Shown here piece by piece: positions 35,590 to 39,866 of a stretch of DNA of 39,866 nucleotides; position 1 is the first letter of the stretch, and every line of letters begins with the position of its first letter. Source of the DNA: Nemertoderma westbladi (taxonomy: Eukaryota > Animalia > Xenacoelomorpha); assembly GCA_032718475.1 (NCBI GenBank), contig JAUCBJ010007102.1:1-39866 (forward strand), given 5' to 3'. Below the pieces are notes generated by a model that worked only from the letters and a program-made list of their open reading frames with translations, did not search any database and was not told the DNA's origin. Position numbers and translations under genes: made by a program.

Positions 35590-37299
35590 ATGGCACATTC
35601 AGAAATCAGCTATTCAAGCAACGATCTGGTTTGCAACGAAAATCAGTTTATGCTACAAGACAACTCGTTTGGTCTATATTTCGATTCGGCGAACAAACTC
35701 TTCCCGTTAACGATAAATACAACCTTAAACCAACCCATCCCGATTCCGGCAAACTACGCGCACTTTATTTTCCGCGCCTGCTACGAACTTCACGATGGAC
35801 AATATCAAACCCTCGACGATAATAAACTTCATTCCTCCAACCACGGTTTCAAACTTTTAAAAAGGGACAACAAAATAACGTTCAATCTAACTACTGCGCC
35901 CGTGACGTTTACGATTCCAACTAGTATAGTCGATTTTATTCGAGAAAACATCAACCAAGATGTGGCAAATCGTTTACTGGGTTTAACCACTCTCGTAACA
36001 TCCTTCTTCTCCGATGATCGCTTATTCGATTTTCATAGTATCGCAAACTCGATTCTTCTTCTCATCTGGAACTCGTCGACTCCGACCGAGGAAGAGGAGA
36101 CTCGTTTCTTTAAACTTTTCGAGATGGATGTTCTCGCTTTCGGCGAGAAATTGAATGAGCTCACATGCCTTTATGCCAATAAAGTCTCCTATTACTTTGG
36201 ATTCAATTATAGAGTTGGCACCCATGGAAGTATTAACCCAGTGAATCCACTCGAGTTAATAAAGCTGGAAGACACTGTAAACAGTTCATGGATCACCTTT
36301 TCCGTCGCCTGCGCCATTTTATTTCAACAATATGTTAACATTTGTCGCCCTTTTATTAATCCTACTACTCACCTTGTCCTAAAACCGGGCAATTGGGTTG
36401 CTTTTGACTATTGCACTTTTGGGTTTGTTACAAATATTCGGAACGAGCGCAATTTAGCGATCACCAATGGCTACAGGGTTGACGATGGAAAAGCTATTGT
36501 TTCTTCTAGGGGCATGATTCTTCTTACACCAAGCGAGGTCGGCGAATTGAAATGGTTCGTTTCAACCTTCGAGGATAGTGAATGTGTCTGCTACGATGAA
36601 CTTAACGTATACAAAGACAACATTTCCGAGCGAATATCGATACAAAGTTGTATCAGTGATTCAGAAATTGATTTACAGATAACCGAGAGAAAATTTAACG
36701 AATCCTTTACTATAGCTAACACAATTCAAGCGCGCGAGGCTCTAATCAGATTCAAGGCTATGGCTATACAATTTGCTTTCAAACCGAAGCAGATTACGAT
36801 CCCCAATCACCAGCGCTATCTCATAAATAGCAGTATCGCAGCCTTTATCTATAAGTTCAAATCTGAAAAATATGTCGGTATCTGGCCCATTTTAATGAAA
36901 GACGAAGAGAATACCACTTTTCAGTTCATCAACGGTCTCAATATTAGGGGCAGCGATTTTCTCGCGATAAATATAACCAACCCACCCAACTCTCACTACT
37001 ATCTCAGTCCTTACATTCATATCGAGAACAAACCAACAGAAATTATATTCACCAATACGAAAAATACCAACACTATCACCCTATCCAACGACTTTACCAT
37101 CGCGCGCCTTTTCGAATTACTAAAACGTTCTCTCAGAGAAGGCATCTTTCTCCCGCAGCAAACACACCTTAATCTATTTCACCCCCCAAGAAAAGGTTAT
37201 CTCAACAAACTATTAAAGAGAAAATTATCGCAACCATTAATAGTATCGGACCCTAAAAGGGTTAAACCAGTTATTCTCGGAGGCCAGCAACCCTATTAA
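35590..37299 (+). CDS. Intronless hypothetical protein (569 aa), possibly viral or mobile-element derived
   Basis: Long uninterrupted ORF of normal complexity, with a good Kozak context (ACGATGG), an upstream promoter cluster, a downstream AATAAA and a basic C-terminal NLS-like tail. Confidence 0.75.
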   Translation: MAHSEISYSSNDLVCNENQFMLQDNSFGLYFDSANKLFPLTINTTLNQPIPIPANYAHFIFRACYELHDGQYQTLDDNKLHSSNHGFKLLKRDNKITFNLTTAPVTFTIPTSIVDFIRENINQDVANRLLGLTTLVTSFFSDDRLFDFHSIANSILLLIWNSSTPTEEEETRFFKLFEMDVLAFGEKLNELTCLYANKVSYYFGFNYRVGTHGSINPVNPLELIKLEDTVNSSWITFSVACAILFQQYVNICRPFINPTTHLVLKPGNWVAFDYCTFGFVTNIRNERNLAITNGYRVDDGKAIVSSRGMILLTPSEVGELKWFVSTFEDSECVCYDELNVYKDNISERISIQSCISDSEIDLQITERKFNESFTIANTIQAREALIRFKAMAIQFAFKPKQITIPNHQRYLINSSIAAFIYKFKSEKYVGIWPILMKDEENTTFQFINGLNIRGSDFLAINITNPPNSHYYLSPYIHIENKPTEIIFTNTKNTNTITLSNDFTIARLFELLKRSLREGIFLPQQTHLNLFHPPRKGYLNKLLKRKLSQPLIVSDPKRVKPVILGGQQPY

Positions 37300-37317
37300 T
37301 ATAAACAGTCTCTATTT

Positions 37318-37323
37318 AATAAA
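37318..37323 (+). terminator. Polyadenylation signal
   Basis: AATAAA 18 bp after the stop, followed by a T/GT-rich tract. Confidence 0.55.
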
Positions 37324-37687
37324 AACTGTTCTGACTATATCTTTTGTTATTGTTGATGTTCTTATATTATTTATTTTCAATGTTGTTGGTAAATTATTTA
37401 TCCGTTGTTGTTATATTATTTAATATTGATGTTGTCGGTAAATTATTTATTCTTGTTTCCCCATATTGTTTAAAAAATATAAGATGTTTAACCACTTATT
37501 TTTCATTTTTCTCTACTAGTTAATCTATTCTATGAGAGCGAGCCATGAAGTAAGTGAGTCTCAGCATACCATTAATGACACTATTGCTCGTTCATAATCA
37601 TTTTGAATGTTAACCCCTAAATAAACAGCCAATCCCTATGAATTCTTTACAAACTCGATATGCAAGTTGTTTATCAGAGTTGAATTT

Positions 37688-38425
37688 AGGCACTGAGGCA
37701 TAGACTATGACTCACTGAGGCATAGACTATGCCTCACTGAGGCATAGACTATGCCTTACTGGGGCACTGAGGCATAGACTATGCCTCACTGAGGCATAGA
37801 CTATGCCTCACTGAGGCATAGACTATGACTCACTGAGGCACTGAGGCATAGACTATGCCTCACTGAGGCATAGACTATGCCTCACTGAGGCATAGACTAT
37901 GACTCACTGAGGCATAGACTATGCCTCACTGAGGCATAGTCTATGCCTCAGTGAGGCATAGACTATGCCTCACTGAGGCATAGACTATGCCTCACTGAGG
38001 CATAGACTATGCCTCACTGAGGCACTGAGGCATAGACTATGCCTCACTGAGGCATAGACTATGCCTCATTGAGGCACTGAGGCATAGAATATGCCTCAAC
38101 TATGCCTCACTGAGGCACTGAGGCATAGAATATGACTCACTGAGGCATAAACTATGCCTCACTGAGGCACTGAGGCATAGACTATGCCTCACTGAGGCAT
38201 AGACTATGCCTCATTGAGGCACTGAGGCATAGAATATGCCTCAACTATGCCTCACTGAGGCACTGAGGCATAGAATATGCCTCACTGAGGCATAGACTAT
38301 GCCTCACTGAGGCATAGACTATGCCTCACTGAGGCATAGACTATGACTCACTGAGGCACTGAGGCATAGACTATGACTCACTGAGGCATAGACTATGCCT
38401 CACTGAGGCATAGACTATGCCTCAC
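37688..38425. repeat. Palindromic 22-bp tandem minisatellite (CTGAGGCATAGACTATGCCTCA)n
   Basis: Read directly; about 30 units with interspersed 8-bp CACTGAGG partial units. Confidence 0.97.
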
Positions 38426-38861
38426 CATGGATGGGCTTTACCGCTGTACTCGCATCTGCTGTCTCATTGGCTGCTTGATGCCTCCGATTAAGGGTCTAAG
38501 GACTTCAAGCTGGTCATTTGCTTAGTTCTCTAATTGGAGGGATGTGAGTTTGGACCCTAGAAGAGCATTATTCTTTTTCCTAGCTCTTGGTTAACTCTAG
38601 CATACACTCTAGCTTCGACTCTCCCAGCTATAGTGATAGTATGCAACTTTGGGAGTTAATGTGAGTAAAGGCCAAGAGATTAGACTTCAGGCTCCCTCTA
38701 TTGGTTCATTCTTCTTAACTTTATAAAATAACTCAACCCATATTTAAAGTTTTAAAAATTATGACTTAGTCGACTAATTTTCCAAGGTATATTATAAAAA
38801 CATATAATTTCTTGAATAAATAGACCTAATAGTAATAAATATTGTGGGGTAAATACATTTA

Positions 38862-38972
38862 TAATACTAATATAATTATTATGGATAAATAGTCCTAATA
38901 CTAATATAATTGTTATGGATAAATAGTCCTAATACTAATATAATTGTTTTGGATAAATAGCCCTAATACTAT
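38862..38972. repeat. 34-bp AT-rich tandem repeat, about 3 copies
   Basis: taatactaatataattgttatggataaatagtcc repeated. Confidence 0.85.
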
Positions 38973-38999
38973 TATGAAAGGAACTCAAACAAACAAATG

Positions 39000-39857
39000 T
39001 CAATAGCGTCGTCCTGCGCGGGCATTTACTGAGCGAGAGTTTTTTATCATAGGTCTTCGAAAATTAGTAAAAGCTGGTTGATTTACTTTACTTTCATCTT
39101 CCTCATTCCCCAACTGTTTCTTAATTTTATTCAATTGTTCATTAATTTTCAGTAATTTACTTTTATTTCCCAGAACCTGTCTTAATATCTCTTCTCTATT
39201 TTCTTCATTTTCTTCCATTTGTTTAATAAATTTCCGCATTTGATTTTTGTTTCCTAATATTTGTCTCAATATCTCTTCTTTATTTTCATCATTCTCTTCT
39301 AAATGTTTAATAAATTTCTGTAATTTAATTTTACTTCCTAGAACTTGGGTCAATGTCGCCTCTTTATTTTCTTCATTTTCCTTCAAATGTTTAATAATTT
39401 TCCGCAATTGATTCTTATTTCCAAGTAATTGCCTCTTTATTTCCTCATTATCGTCATTTTCATCCTCTTCTCCACTTTCCTGATCTTCACTTTCTTCACC
39501 CTCTTTCTGACCTTCACTTTCATCATCCTCTTCCCCGCCTTCACTTTCTTCATCCTCTTCCTGTTCTTCACTTTCTTCATCATCTTCCTGTTCTTCACTT
39601 TCTTCATTCTCTTCCGGACCTTCGCTATCTTCACCCTCTTCTTGACCTTCACTTTCTTCATCCTCTTCCTGATCTTCACTTTCTTCGTTCTCAACCTCAC
39701 TCTCTTCAACTTCATCCTGACCCTCACTATTTTCATTCTCCATCTCATCATCCTCTTCTTCTCCATCTTTCTCACTCAAATTTTCCTCATTTTCTAGGGG
39801 TAACTGTTTTTGTATCCCTTTCAAAATATTCATAACTTTATGAAATTTACTTTCCAT
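39000..39857 (-). CDS. Hypothetical acidic, repeat-containing coiled-coil protein
   Basis: 285-aa ORF with an E/D-rich tract (27-bp repeats) followed by four ~28-aa repeats (ILRQILGNKNQMRKFIKQMEENEENREE). It sits at the window edge. Confidence 0.5.
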   Translation of the reverse strand: MESKFHKVMNILKGIQKQLPLENEENLSEKDGEEEDDEMENENSEGQDEVEESEVENEESEDQEEDEESEGQEEGEDSEGPEENEESEEQEDDEESEEQEEDEESEGGEEDDESEGQKEGEESEDQESGEEDENDDNEEIKRQLLGNKNQLRKIIKHLKENEENKEATLTQVLGSKIKLQKFIKHLEENDENKEEILRQILGNKNQMRKFIKQMEENEENREEILRQVLGNKSKLLKINEQLNKIKKQLGNEEDESKVNQPAFTNFRRPMIKNSRSVNARAGRRY

Positions 39858-39866
39858 TGTCTGTTT

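Noticed and set aside
37688-38425. CRISPR array
   Set aside because: The repeats are head-to-tail with no unique spacers, there are no cas genes, and the context is eukaryotic.

Overview
This is eukaryotic (probably invertebrate metazoan) repeat-dense DNA with no recognisable host gene. It holds three minus-strand BEL/Pao LTR retrotransposons: a Gag-protease element with in-frame pol deletions (723-4916), a frameshifted gag-pol (8680-15100), and a 5'-truncated Gag-protease-only element with PPT and 3' LTR (19464-~23875). A decayed Polinton/Maverick (adintovirus-like) endogenous virus follows at ~23850-31520, with a packaging ATPase, a GGF-motif basic protein and pPolB. This virus is interrupted or bordered by a CRE-like LINE tail, a solo LTR, a TIR element, a TTAA/piggyBac-like MITE, and a Penelope fragment that carries a minimal hammerhead ribozyme and an IS3EU-like insertion. 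The main observation is that removing two nested insertions rebuilds, in frame, a ~190-aa two-repeat TATA-binding-protein-like gene directly downstream of the viral polymerase. An intact, intronless 569-aa orphan gene with a full Pol II promoter and possible PC4-like segments lies nearby, followed by a palindromic 22-bp satellite and an acidic repeat ORF. All family calls come from motif recognition by eye; no database searches were run.
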